Source: an uncultured virus (IMG/VR IMGVR_UViG_3300018080_006410) | Taxonomy: Duplodnaviria > Heunggongvirae > Uroviricota > Caudoviricetes | IMG/VR virus record: IMGVR_UViG_3300018080_006410 | Length of the DNA stretch: 64,000 bases | Strand: one strand, 5' to 3' | Shown: positions 43,744 to 53,610 of the stretch, in pieces | How the letters are laid out: every line of letters begins with the position of its first letter | Numbering within the stretch: position 1 is the stretch's first letter | Notes under the pieces: generated by a model | Database searches by the model: none | What the model was told of the DNA's origin: nothing | The model's input: only the letters and a program-made list of their open reading frames with translations | Program-made: the position numbers and the translations under genes

Positions 43744-44897
43744 CCGAACACCTCCACGAGCCTTCTCCTGAGGGCATACGGGTCGGCCCACGCCGGCATC
43801 TCCCCGGGACGGAACGGCGGCTGCGCCAGCATCGCCATGTAGGCGTCGTCGTCCCGGTCCAGCTCGACCACCCTGTCGACCGCGGCCCCCACGTCGTCGA
43901 AGTCGTGGCAGTTGACGAAGGCCAGCGGGTTGAACTCCTCGGCCGCGCGAGGATCGCCCCAGTAGATCGGCACGCTCCTGGCAGCCAGCGGCTCGGCCAG
44001 CTTCTCGGTGACGTAGCCCGGCTTGGAGTCGTTCTCGAACGCCACCGTGAACTTGTATCGGCGAAGGAACGCCCTCGGCTTCATGGCCAGCATGTCCGAG
44101 GTGCCTTTCGGCACGAGCCTGCCGCCCATGTTGTTCAGGCCGGTCGGCCCGAAGGCGTCCACCCCCCGGTAGGCCGACAGCAGCTCGAACACCTCCCGTC
44201 TCCGGTCGGTGTCGTGCCCGTACACGAAGGAGCAGAAGCTCGTCTTCCGACGAAGCTCGGCGAGCGGGCTGAAGTCCGGGCGCCCGAAGAAGTCCCGCGG
44301 CCTCTGGTGGACCGCCGACGACGCACAGGGCATCCGCATGTGCCTGGGGTCCCGGACCTCGTCGTCGAAGCCGTGGGAGAAGGCCCACTCGCAGCCGCCC
44401 ATGTCGGCGTCGCAGGCCTCCATCGTCCCGAAAACCCTGTCGTGGGGGCCGGCCCCCACCTTCGGCATCTCGAACTCGTAACGGCCGTCCCGGAGCGCCT
44501 TGACCTTGTTCTCCTCGCCCACGTCGAAGACCACAACCTCCGGGTCGGACTCCTCGTCGACGTCGTACCACTCATCGGCGAACCAGCGCCACATGCCGAC
44601 GCCGTCCTGGGAGTGCATCCACCTGGCCCGCAGAGGGCGCCTCACCCCGCCCACCGCCTCGCGCCAGCCGTAGACGCCCCTGCCGAACGTCCTGCGGCGC
44701 CAGAAGGCCGCCACGCCCCTCCCTCCGTCCAGAACCCCCGACTCGTGCGCCCACGCCATCTTGTCCATGCAGAACGCGTCGCCGCCCCGGGCGCCGTCGG
44801 CCCACGCGGAGACGGCTCCGGCCTCGTCTCCCGACAGCCACCGGTCCCACCCCCTGCCGAGGGGGACGCTGAACCGTGAGCCTGGAGTCGCCCTCAT
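43740..44897 (-). CDS. GT10 alpha-1,3/4-fucosyltransferase-like glycosyltransferase
   Basis: FCSFVY...YKFTVAFEND...GYVTEKL...VPIYWGDP...FNPLAFVN. Confidence 0.9.
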   Translation of the reverse strand: MRATPGSRFSVPLGRGWDRWLSGDEAGAVSAWADGARGGDAFCMDKMAWAHESGVLDGGRGVAAFWRRRTFGRGVYGWREAVGGVRRPLRARWMHSQDGVGMWRWFADEWYDVDEESDPEVVVFDVGEENKVKALRDGRYEFEMPKVGAGPHDRVFGTMEACDADMGGCEWAFSHGFDDEVRDPRHMRMPCASSAVHQRPRDFFGRPDFSPLAELRRKTSFCSFVYGHDTDRRREVFELLSAYRGVDAFGPTGLNNMGGRLVPKGTSDMLAMKPRAFLRRYKFTVAFENDSKPGYVTEKLAEPLAARSVPIYWGDPRAAEEFNPLAFVNCHDFDDVGAAVDRVVELDRDDDAYMAMLAQPPFRPGEMPAWADPYALRRRLVEVFG

Positions 44898-45337
44898 CAC
44901 TGGAGACCCTCCCGCGAGGACTCCAGGGACGCCTCCAGCGCCGCGATCTCCTCCTCGACTATCCTGGCGCCGCTCAGGATCGCCGCCTCCCGGTGCTCGT
45001 CGTTGCCCACGTTCCTGAACAGCTCGCTCGCCATCCTCACCGCCACCCGGTCGGCCACCGCCTGCGCCGACATCGAGACCAGCGGACCCACGCCGCCCAT
45101 CCCCTCGCGCATGACGGCCTCCATGGCCTCCCTCCCCCTCTCCATCTCCAGGAGGCGAATCGCGTCCTGCCTCCTCCCCACCACGTACCCGACCAGCATC
45201 CCGAAGAAGCAGCAGAAGCAGGAGAGGACGGCCGAGAGCGACGCCACGAGCGGCCACGGCACGAAACTCGCCATGCCGCCCCCGAAGGCCCCGAGGACCG
45301 CCGAGCACAGGATCGCGTGCTGCGCCTTCCACCTCAT
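44897..45337 (-). CDS. Membrane protein with two hydrophobic helices
   Basis: MRWKAQHAILCSAVLGAFGGG...CFFGMLVGYVVG. Confidence 0.6.
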   Translation of the reverse strand: MRWKAQHAILCSAVLGAFGGGMASFVPWPLVASLSAVLSCFCCFFGMLVGYVVGRRQDAIRLLEMERGREAMEAVMREGMGGVGPLVSMSAQAVADRVAVRMASELFRNVGNDEHREAAILSGARIVEEEIAALEASLESSREGLQ

Positions 45338-45596
45338 CCGAAGTCGCCCCTTCGAAATCTCGCCACCACCCTCCTCGGAATCCTTCCCGTCCCCCTCATC
45401 TGGGCCATCTCCAGCTCGTCGACGCCCTCCCCCACCTCCAGGACCCTCAGGTACCTGTCGGCGTCCCCCAGGGCCTTCAGGGCCCTGCAGCGGGCCCTCA
45501 CGGAGGCGTGGCGCTCCTGCGCCTCCTCCCTCGTCCCGGGCCACAAGGCCAGCCCATGCTTGAAATCGGCCACGACTGCCGTCACGACCCGCGCCC

Positions 45597-45911
45597 CTAG
45601 AGGCTCGCCTTCTTCGCCTGGACCCTGGCCAGGGCGTCCTGGAGGGCCGCGACGACGGCGTCGCATTGCTCCGCGCCGATGTCGGAGCCCTCGACGGCGG
45701 TGGCGAAACGACCCAGGAAGATCGGCGACGTCTTCGCCATGATCTCACCGAGATGATCCTCCCTGAGCCGCCGCATCACCATCGGGACGGCGCCCCGACC
45801 CTCCGGGATGTTGCTGGAAATCCACTCGCGAACGGCGATCTGCGGCATCTCGTCCGACGCCCTGACCGCCTCCATCACCTCGTCAACCTGTTCCTGTGTC
45901 AACTCCATCAT
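45597..45911 (-). CDS. Hypothetical protein
   Basis: RBS AAAGGAG; MMELTQEQVDEV. Confidence 0.6.
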   Translation of the reverse strand: MMELTQEQVDEVMEAVRASDEMPQIAVREWISSNIPEGRGAVPMVMRRLREDHLGEIMAKTSPIFLGRFATAVEGSDIGAEQCDAVVAALQDALARVQAKKASL

Positions 45912-45922
45912 GCTCTCCTTTG

Positions 45923-47920
45923 TCAGTCCCACTGCGGCGGCCACCTCTTCACCCACTTGAAAACGACCTTGCCCACGCCACTATCGTCCTCCCACGAACC
46001 GAAAAACTCATCCGTCAACCTGTAGTCGTTCAAGGTCGCGAAAGGCACGGTCGTAATCTTCTCCAGCTGCGCGAAAGGGGTCTGGATGATGGGAGCGTAA
46101 AACCACGGTCGCCAATACTCCCTTCGATCCCTTCGGCCATCAACTGTCAACCAGTTCCAAGCTCTGGCATTGTAGAAATCGTACGGCGGAAGCAGCCTGT
46201 ACTCCTCCAGGCGCAAACGTGTCATGTTCAAGTCAGTCGCTTCCCATTTATGGCAGTGGATAAACCGCTTCAGAGGCACCAGGGGGGTCGTCTCTGTTGT
46301 CTTGGACAGCCGATACAGATCGGGACAGATGGTCACGGACTCGCCCGAGCGCTTGTCGTTCGGGCTCAGCGGGTCCACGGAGGGAGGCTGCCAGGTGATC
46401 CCGCACCACGTCTTAGGAAGGTCCCCCTCGGGATTCTCGGCCGTGATCGTTATCTCCATCTGCGGACACTGAACCTGCTCGCCGAGTCTCGTGCAATTCA
46501 TCACGCAGTTGTGGGGGGCCGAGTTGAGATTGCCGAGGCAGGTCTGGTCGCGACCCTTCGCCGTGCCACCAACCCGGGGATCAAGGTCGTCAGACCAGCT
46601 CGTGTAGAAGGCCCTCGCGCCCCCCGGCCCGCCATTCGGCTTGTTGGAGAGGCATGTCGTCTGCTGCGAGACCTGCATCAGGGACGTCCAATCCTCGTTG
46701 TGGGCCATCCCGAGGTAGTGCCCTATCTCGTGGAACACGCAGTACGCCATGCTGAGGCTGAACGGATCGGACCTGGCGTCCGGGCGCCAGCGGTACTTGG
46801 AGTTGATCCTGATGTTGGAGCCTATGGAGACAACCTCCCCGAGAGACGGATGCTCAAGACACAGGGGGCGCCTGTTCGTGCGGCCAGCTTCGTCAAGACC
46901 CATCGTTGCCATGGAGAAGCGTATGTCGGCCGCCTCCGGATGGTCCGAGACCCTGAACAGGGGAAGGCCGGGAAGCGGCCCGGTAAGACCCCAAACCTCA
47001 TCAGCTATGTTCACGAAGTTGACGATCAGACCCGGATACTTCTCCTCCAGTATCTCCTTCCACTTGGCGAACGCCAACGCGATGTCGGCCCTCCATTCGT
47101 CGATGCCTGGTATGTTCTCGTTGTGACCCTTGAACCAGAAACCGCCCCCCACCGACGCGGCCTCCGCGGCGTCCCTGATCGGATGCGGAGCCGTCTGCGG
47201 GAACGGCACCTTGTAGTAGCCGTAATCCGGGTCTCCCGGAATTATCGACCATCTGAAGGTCAACGTCGTAGGTGTCGGCAAATTGTCGATAGCACACTGA
47301 AGGTCCAAGAGAGGACCCCCGTTCGAAACGGCCTGATTGGACTTGCACGAAACAATAGGATTGGCCTTCGCGAACCTCTGCTCGCTTTCAACCTCCCAGT
47401 CCTTCGGAACGAACTTGCCCGAATATTCATACCTGTCGTCATGCTGCCAAGGCTCGCCCCAGCTGGCTTTCTGCTTCGGATAGAGAAGGTAGAAAAAATG
47501 GTCGCCCTCCGCCGGAAAGCCAGCTTGCGCCGCCGTATACCAACCAGGATATTCATGCGGCCGAATCACGTTCTTCCCATAGTGCAGCATACCCCCGATA
47601 TCCGGCAATTCCTCCTCGAAAGGCGGAATGCTCTCGTACGACAGCGCATACGCCATCACCTCCAACGCCTCCGGCTCCGAGGCCACGCCCGGCCTGGAGT
47701 CGTCCCACGCACGGTCGCTGTACCAGGAAACGACACCGGGATTCTGACTGGGAGCCTGAGCCCTCCCGTACGCCTTGGGGATCACACCACCCCCGGAGAC
47801 GGAGCCGCCGGAGAAGACACGGGAGCCACCAGCCCACTCGGCCTCCTCCAGCCTCTCCTGCTCGTCGTTCGACGGGTTCGGCCTGTACCTCGGTCCAGGG
47901 CTCTGTCCTTGATCCGCCAT
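45923..47920 (-). CDS. M10/matrixin-like zinc metalloprotease, paralog 1
   Basis: AFAKW, ADIRFS, HEIGHYLGMAH, Met-turn SLM. Confidence 0.85.
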   Translation of the reverse strand: MADQGQSPGPRYRPNPSNDEQERLEEAEWAGGSRVFSGGSVSGGGVIPKAYGRAQAPSQNPGVVSWYSDRAWDDSRPGVASEPEALEVMAYALSYESIPPFEEELPDIGGMLHYGKNVIRPHEYPGWYTAAQAGFPAEGDHFFYLLYPKQKASWGEPWQHDDRYEYSGKFVPKDWEVESEQRFAKANPIVSCKSNQAVSNGGPLLDLQCAIDNLPTPTTLTFRWSIIPGDPDYGYYKVPFPQTAPHPIRDAAEAASVGGGFWFKGHNENIPGIDEWRADIALAFAKWKEILEEKYPGLIVNFVNIADEVWGLTGPLPGLPLFRVSDHPEAADIRFSMATMGLDEAGRTNRRPLCLEHPSLGEVVSIGSNIRINSKYRWRPDARSDPFSLSMAYCVFHEIGHYLGMAHNEDWTSLMQVSQQTTCLSNKPNGGPGGARAFYTSWSDDLDPRVGGTAKGRDQTCLGNLNSAPHNCVMNCTRLGEQVQCPQMEITITAENPEGDLPKTWCGITWQPPSVDPLSPNDKRSGESVTICPDLYRLSKTTETTPLVPLKRFIHCHKWEATDLNMTRLRLEEYRLLPPYDFYNARAWNWLTVDGRRDRREYWRPWFYAPIIQTPFAQLEKITTVPFATLNDYRLTDEFFGSWEDDSGVGKVVFKWVKRWPPQWD

Positions 47921-47953
47921 GTCCATACTCCCTTACACTACCAAACCAACGCT

Positions 47954-48664
47954 TCATCTCGATGATCTTCGAATGCTTCCTGCTCCATTCCCCACAGCGT
48001 CTTCTTCCTTGATCTCGACATTCCGAAGCCGAGCCCACATGGCCTCCCTCCCCTCGGCCGACTTGGCCTCGACCAGCTCAACCAACCCGACCCACTCGGG
48101 ATCGTCGGCCCACCGGCGCTCGACCCTCTTTGCCTCCAGCCACTCGACCCACACTTTCCGCGTGAAATCGCATGGCGAAGGACGCTCGACCCTCTTTGCC
48201 TCCAGCCACTCGACCCACTCGACCTCGGCCTTCATCAACCGGTCCTCGCCATACGCGGCACTTTCCAACGCGAGCCACACAAAGTCGTTCCTCGGCCACT
48301 CGGCCCTCATCCGCTCGACCCACTCGTCATCCTCGGCCCTCGTCGACTCGGCCTTCATCAACTCGGCCCACGCGGCATCGTCGGTCCTCACCCACTCGAC
48401 CCACCCGACCCACGTGGCCCACGCGGGAGCGCCAGCCCCGATCCTCTTCTGGCGCTCAATCAACTCGGTCCACACGACCCTCAGCATCTCGGCCAACTCG
48501 ACCCACTCAGGATCGCGAGCCGCCCGCCTCTCGGCGAGCCTGACCCACCCGAAATCCGTCTCTTGAACGAGTCCCTCGGGCCTTCTCTCGTCGGGGTGGG
48601 TGTCCGCCCGGACCGACGACCCCACGCCAAGGGCCAGAAATAAAAAGAAAAACGCACATCTCAT
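47954..48664 (-). CDS. Signal-peptide protein with Trp/Glu-rich repeats, paralog 1
   Basis: MRCAFFFLFLALGVGSSVRA; repeated WVEWLEAKRVER. Confidence 0.7.
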   Translation of the reverse strand: MRCAFFFLFLALGVGSSVRADTHPDERRPEGLVQETDFGWVRLAERRAARDPEWVELAEMLRVVWTELIERQKRIGAGAPAWATWVGWVEWVRTDDAAWAELMKAESTRAEDDEWVERMRAEWPRNDFVWLALESAAYGEDRLMKAEVEWVEWLEAKRVERPSPCDFTRKVWVEWLEAKRVERRWADDPEWVGLVELVEAKSAEGREAMWARLRNVEIKEEDAVGNGAGSIRRSSR

Positions 48665-48669
48665 GACAT

Positions 48670-48735
48670 CACACCCCTTCCTTCCGTTCGTCGTTCGGCG
48701 GGTTCGGCCCGCAGCTCCATCCCCGACCCGCCATG
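48670..48735 (-). pseudogene. Degenerate third copy of the metalloprotease 5' end
   Basis: ggacATGGCGGGTCGG...CCGAACCCGCCGAACGACGAA resembles MADQG...RPNPSNDE. Confidence 0.5.
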
Positions 48736-48791
48736 TCCGCGATTCCTCATGCGAGATGCGCCCGGGCCGACAGCCCTCGCGCCCTCCTTTG

Positions 48792-50777
48792 TCAGAGCCA
48801 CTGGTCGGGCAACTGCTTCTTCCACGTGAAAGTCACGCCGCTCCCATCCGTCACCAAGCCGAAAAAGGGGTTCGTCAGCCTGTAGCTGTTCAAAGTCGGT
48901 ATCGGCACACCCAGAATCTCTCCCAGCTGCGAGTGCAAGATGTAGGTGAAAGGCTGACCGAAGTGGTACCAATAGAACACCTCGTCCTGTCGGCCGTCAA
49001 CTTGCAGATGGTTTGTGGCCGCCCGCTGCCACAGCCACCACTCCGATGGATCGGGTTGTACGTATATGTAGCGATCCAACTCCAGGCCAGTCACATGCCA
49101 GTATTGCCAGCGGTTGATCCGTCTGTCATACGGCGGGGGGTCTGGCAGCAACGTTGTCCGCTTGGCCAGATCATATCGGTTGGGACAGACGGTCGCGGAC
49201 TCGCCCGAATACCTCTCATTCCAACCCAAATCCTCAACGGAACTAGGCTGCCAGGTGATCCCGCACCATGTCTTCGGAAGCGAGACGTCGGCAGCTGTGA
49301 TCGTTACCTCCATCCGGGGACACGGAACTCGCACGCCAAGTCTCTCGCAGTTCCCCGCGCACTTGTGGGAAATCCCGTTGATCTCGTCAAGGCAGTTCAT
49401 GTCGCGAGCCTCCGCCGTGCCGCCGACCCTCGGGTTCAGGTCCTCAGACCAGCTCGTGTAGAAGGCCTTGTCGCTGTTGCCGCCGGCATTCGGCTTGTTC
49501 TCAAGGCAGAGCGACTGCTGCGAAACCTGCATCAGGGACGTCCAGTCCTTGTTGTGGGCCATCCCGAGGTAGTGCCCTATCTCGTGGAACACGCAGTACG
49601 CAATGCTGAGGCTGAACGGGTCGGACCTGTCGTCCGGACGCCACCGATAGTCGGGGCTGATCGTGATGTTGGAGCCGATGGAGACGAACTTCCCTAGAGA
49701 CGGGTACCCGAGACACAGGGGGCGACGGCGGGTGCTGGCAGCATCATAGTCAAACTGCGGAGCCATGGAGAAACGTATATCAGCCGCCTCGGGATGGTCC
49801 GCGACGCTGAAAGGGATGCCACCGTTAAGCGGACCAGCAGCACCACCCCAGGTCTCGTCGGGTAGTTGCACGAAGTTGATGGTCAGGCCCGTGTACCTCG
49901 TCTCCAGCATCTCCTTCCACTTGGCGAACGCAAATATGATATCGCTCTTCCATTCGTCGATGCCAGGTATGTTCTCGTTGTGACCCTTGAACCAGGGACC
50001 GGTCCCCGCGTCCGCCGCGTTGGCAATCGGATGCGGCGTCGTCTGCGCGAACGGCGTCTTGTAGTAGGTGTAAGTATCCTTCCCATCGATTATCGACCAT
50101 CTGATGGTCACCGTCTTTGGCAGGTTATCAATGGCGCACTGGAGGTCCAAGAGCGGACCGCCATCCAGAGCGGTCAGGTTGGTCTCGCGCGAGATGACCG
50201 GGTCGTACTTCGCGTACCTTGGACTTACACCTTCAACCCGCCAGGTCTTGGGAACGAACTTACCCGACTGGGCGTATCTGTCTTGATGTACCCACGGCGT
50301 GCCCCACGAGCGGTCCTGCCACGGATAGGCAAGGAAAAACACGTCCTTGCTCGGAGGGCTAAGTTGAGTCCCAAAATGCCAACCAGGAGTGTAGGGCAGA
50401 TTCGTACCACCCCGAAAGTAAGCCTCCAGCGGACCCATGCCCCCAAAACTCCGCCAGTCGAGCGGGCCAGGTGGATCTAGGTCATCGACGCTCTTGTACC
50501 GACAAACCCACTGGCCCCATCCTGAAGCCTTCGGCTCCGAGGCCACGCCGGGCCTGGAGTCGTCCCACGCACGGTCGCTGTACCAGGAGACCACGCCGGG
50601 ATTGCCACCCTCCTGGGACCTCCCGTACGCCCTGGGGATCACCCCGCCCCCGGAGACGGAGCCGCCGGAGAAGACGCGGGAACCGCCAGCATACGCCTCA
50701 TCCTCCAGCTTCTCCTGCTCATCGTTCGACGGGTTCGGCCTGTAGGTCGGCCCAGAGCTCTGTCCTTGATCCGCCAT
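48792..50777 (-). CDS. M10/matrixin-like zinc metalloprotease, paralog 2
   Basis: HEIGHYLGMAHNKDWTSLM; colinear with paralog 1. Confidence 0.85.
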   Translation of the reverse strand: MADQGQSSGPTYRPNPSNDEQEKLEDEAYAGGSRVFSGGSVSGGGVIPRAYGRSQEGGNPGVVSWYSDRAWDDSRPGVASEPKASGWGQWVCRYKSVDDLDPPGPLDWRSFGGMGPLEAYFRGGTNLPYTPGWHFGTQLSPPSKDVFFLAYPWQDRSWGTPWVHQDRYAQSGKFVPKTWRVEGVSPRYAKYDPVISRETNLTALDGGPLLDLQCAIDNLPKTVTIRWSIIDGKDTYTYYKTPFAQTTPHPIANAADAGTGPWFKGHNENIPGIDEWKSDIIFAFAKWKEMLETRYTGLTINFVQLPDETWGGAAGPLNGGIPFSVADHPEAADIRFSMAPQFDYDAASTRRRPLCLGYPSLGKFVSIGSNITISPDYRWRPDDRSDPFSLSIAYCVFHEIGHYLGMAHNKDWTSLMQVSQQSLCLENKPNAGGNSDKAFYTSWSEDLNPRVGGTAEARDMNCLDEINGISHKCAGNCERLGVRVPCPRMEVTITAADVSLPKTWCGITWQPSSVEDLGWNERYSGESATVCPNRYDLAKRTTLLPDPPPYDRRINRWQYWHVTGLELDRYIYVQPDPSEWWLWQRAATNHLQVDGRQDEVFYWYHFGQPFTYILHSQLGEILGVPIPTLNSYRLTNPFFGLVTDGSGVTFTWKKQLPDQWL

Positions 50778-51285
50778 GTCCTCGCTCCCTTGCATGGATG
50801 TCAAACCAACGCTTCATCCGCACGGTTCTCGGATGTCCTCTCCGCCATTCCTCGTCGGTCTCCTCGGCCTCCTCGGCCTCGATTTCCCTCAGACACTCGG
50901 CCTTCTCAGCCTCGATCATCTTCTGGCGCTCAGCCTCCTGGCGTTTCTTCACAAGCCCTAACCAGAACTCTAATTCCTCATTCGAAACCACAACAAGTAT
51001 CGTGCCCTCGTCAAGCCAGAAACGGACATGGAAGTACGGCCAATCCATCTCGGACACTTCGGCCTGCTTGACGTTAGCCGACTCAACCAACCCGGCCCAT
51101 TCTCCCCAGTCGGCCCACCCGACATCCTCGACCTCGGCCCACTTGGCGTCCAACCACCTGGTACACCTGGCATTTTTGGCCCAGTAGGCCCTCACCTGCT
51201 CCATGAATCCGTTTGGACCGATGTCCGCCCGGACCGACGACCCTACACCAAGGGCCAGAAATAAAAATAAAAATGCAAACCTCAT
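50719..51285 (-). CDS. Signal-peptide protein, paralog 2
   Basis: MRFAFLFLFLALGVGSSVRA; mature part highly diverged from paralog 1. Confidence 0.7.
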   Translation of the reverse strand: MRFAFLFLFLALGVGSSVRADIGPNGFMEQVRAYWAKNARCTRWLDAKWAEVEDVGWADWGEWAGLVESANVKQAEVSEMDWPYFHVRFWLDEGTILVVVSNEELEFWLGLVKKRQEAERQKMIEAEKAECLREIEAEEAEETDEEWRRGHPRTVRMKRWFDIHARERGHGGSRTELWADLQAEPVER

Positions 51286-52445
51286 GTCATCAGGTCCCTT
51301 CTTCTCGCCTCCTCCACCGCCGCCTGAGCGGCCGCCGAGAAGACCCCCGCGTCATCCGCGTCGTTGTGGCGCCCGAAGCTCACCCTGATCGTCGACGCGC
51401 GCTGTGCCCTCGTTCGCCCCATCGCCTCCAGGACATGGGAGCTGGCCCCCCTGGAGCAGGCCGCCCCGGTACCCACGCAAATCCCGTACCTGTCGTCCAG
51501 GATCGCCGCCACCAGAGCCGCCTCGGCCCCGTCGAAGGTCAGGCTCACGATGTTAGGCAGCCTCTCGGCGCCGCCCCCGTTGACCGTCACGCCGCCCAGC
51601 GCCGCCAGCCCCTCGACCTCCCGCCTCATGCCTTCCCACTTGGCCCGGCTCGCCCGGAGGGAGCTCCAGGCCATGTCGCAGGCCACCCCGAAGCCGACCA
51701 CCTGCTGCACCGGGATCGTCCCGGCACGCATGCCGCCCTGCTGGCCGCCCCCGTGCAGGAGCGGGTCGATGCCGACCTCCGGCCCCACGTAGAGGGCGCC
51801 GACGCCCATCGGGCCGTGCATCTTGTGGGCCGAGAGAGTCATCAGGTCGACCCCCATCTCGCGCGGGTCGAACTCCATCTTCCCGAACGTCTGGGAGGCG
51901 TCCACGTGCAGGAAGCACAGGCGGTCCCTCAGCCTCTCGCCAATCTCGGCCACCGGCTGGAGCACCCCCGTCTCGTTGTTGGCGTGCTGGACGGAGACGA
52001 GGACGAGCCCCCTCTCCAGCTCCTCGTCCAGGGCGTCCAGGGAGACGACGCCGTCCTGGTCGACCGGCAGCTCCACGAGCTCGACGCCCCTGGTCGCCGC
52101 CAGCCACCTGGCCGGATCCAGCACCGAACCGTGCTCGACGGCCGAGACAGCGATCCTCGCGCCCTCCGAGGCCCTGAAGCCCTTCAGGGCCCAGTTGTTG
52201 GACTCGGTGCCTCCGGACGTGAAGCAGACCTCCCCTGGAGGGTCGCCCAGCAGGCCCATCACCTTCTCCCTGGACTCGTCGACGGCGCGCATGGCCTCTA
52301 CCCCCAGGTGGTAGGACGTCTCCGGGTTCCCGAAGCGCTCCTCCAGATACGACATCATGGCCTCGACCACGCCCGGATCGACCATCGTCGTCGCGGCGTT
52401 GTCCAGGTACGTCTCGCGGCTCCTCAGCTCAAAAGACGGCCTCAT
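51282..52445 (-). CDS. iscS: PLP-dependent cysteine desulfurase (IscS/NifS group)
   Basis: YLDNAATT, FTSGGTESNN, NNETG, HVDASQ, SAHK, GAACS, IRVSFG. Confidence 0.92.
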   Translation of the reverse strand: MRPSFELRSRETYLDNAATTMVDPGVVEAMMSYLEERFGNPETSYHLGVEAMRAVDESREKVMGLLGDPPGEVCFTSGGTESNNWALKGFRASEGARIAVSAVEHGSVLDPARWLAATRGVELVELPVDQDGVVSLDALDEELERGLVLVSVQHANNETGVLQPVAEIGERLRDRLCFLHVDASQTFGKMEFDPREMGVDLMTLSAHKMHGPMGVGALYVGPEVGIDPLLHGGGQQGGMRAGTIPVQQVVGFGVACDMAWSSLRASRAKWEGMRREVEGLAALGGVTVNGGGAERLPNIVSLTFDGAEAALVAAILDDRYGICVGTGAACSRGASSHVLEAMGRTRAQRASTIRVSFGRHNDADDAGVFSAAAQAAVEEARRRDLMT

Positions 52446-52683
52446 CCTCCACTCTCCTTCCGCTCATCCAGTCTGCGAACTCGGGGTCCGCGTCCTGCAT
52501 GGCCAACACGTGCTCCAACCTGAAAGGGCAGTCGCCGGGCGGATCGTCGCGCATGAGGAGCAGCCCCGAGTCGGCCAGGTCGCACGCGACCGACGGGCTC
52601 ACCTCCAGCTCGCCCCGCTCGTTCCTGCGGGACCGCGACAACCGGCCGTGCCCGCATCTCCGACATAGAGAGAACAGAACCAT
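52429..52683 (-). CDS. Small Cys-rich protein
   Basis: CRRC...C...CPFRLEH. Confidence 0.6.
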   Translation of the reverse strand: MVLFSLCRRCGHGRLSRSRRNERGELEVSPSVACDLADSGLLLMRDDPPGDCPFRLEHVLAMQDADPEFADWMSGRRVEDEAVF

Positions 52684-52943
52684 CAGGCCTCCAGCAGGGC
52701 CACCACGAGCGACTCCTCGTCGAACACCTTCACGAAGGTGCCCGTGAAGAACGTCGCGCTCGCGTCGGACCCCTTGTCCTTGCCGCTCATGATCGTGTAC
52801 CCGAACCGCTTCTTCTCGTGGTCCACCCAGTTCACCTTCGCGACGTTCCTCGCGCCGCTCCGGCGGACGAAGATGTAGCCCCCCACCGCCTTCTCGAACT
52901 CCTTCGACGGAATCTCAGTCACCATCGTCGTCCCCTCCATCAT
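52683..52943 (-). CDS. Small hypothetical protein
   Basis: ORF track. Confidence 0.6.
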   Translation of the reverse strand: MMEGTTMVTEIPSKEFEKAVGGYIFVRRSGARNVAKVNWVDHEKKRFGYTIMSGKDKGSDASATFFTGTFVKVFDEESLVVALLEA

Positions 52944-53574
52944 CTGTCTGGTTATCCAACTTTTTTAGCTTCCTCGCCAGCTCGGCCTTGACGACGCCGA
53001 TCATCTTCCCCTGCCCCAGGAGCGTCCGCATCCCGAGGTCCAGGGCGTCCTCCCCCTCCACGACCTCGTCGTCCCCGATCTCCTTCCGGCCCTCCAGGAG
53101 CGCCATGAAGAGGGTGTCGCTGTCGACCTTCCCGAGCCTCTCCTCGACGCGCCTCGTCATCTCCTCGACGTCCACGACGTCCCGGTCCAGGTCGATCATG
53201 TCCTTGCGGAGCGTCGTCACCCCGCGGACCTTCCTGGCCTCCATGAACATCCCCTCCTTGCCCTCCCGGAACTTCCCGTCGGCGTCAACGGTCCCGGCCG
53301 ACCGAAGGTGCGGCGCGTCGATGACGTTCGGGTAGAACACCCGGAAGCGCTTCAGGTCCGTGCTCCGGAGGTACCTGACCACCCTGTCGTCCAGGATGAA
53401 GACCTCCTTCTCGCCCTGCATGGTGTTGACCATGGCCTCGTCGACGATCCTGCCGAAGCACGACCCCCCGTCAGCCTGGTCGTAGACGACGTACTTCCCG
53501 ATCCACTTCGACCCCGGCGTGTTGCCACCGTCCGGAATGCGCTTGTGGTCGGCCGGAACATGCTTCTTGGCCAC
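52915..53574 (-). CDS. Hypothetical protein
   Basis: GTG start; RBS GGAGG. Confidence 0.65.
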   Translation of the reverse strand: MAKKHVPADHKRIPDGGNTPGSKWIGKYVVYDQADGGSCFGRIVDEAMVNTMQGEKEVFILDDRVVRYLRSTDLKRFRVFYPNVIDAPHLRSAGTVDADGKFREGKEGMFMEARKVRGVTTLRKDMIDLDRDVVDVEEMTRRVEERLGKVDSDTLFMALLEGRKEIGDDEVVEGEDALDLGMRTLLGQGKMIGVVKAELARKLKKLDNQTDDGGDDDGD

Positions 53575-53610
53575 GAGTCACCTCCTGCCGCGAAAGGCGG
53601 CTGCTACCCC

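Noticed and set aside
43142..43777. 212-aa N-terminal extension of RmlB given in the ORF track
   Set aside because: It overlaps the DUF559 and Lar-like genes in other frames; RmlB homology starts at Met 43141
51282..52445. Cysteine desulfurase as dndA of a canonical phosphorothioation system
   Set aside because: No DndC/D/E or SspB/C/D homologues recognisable nearby
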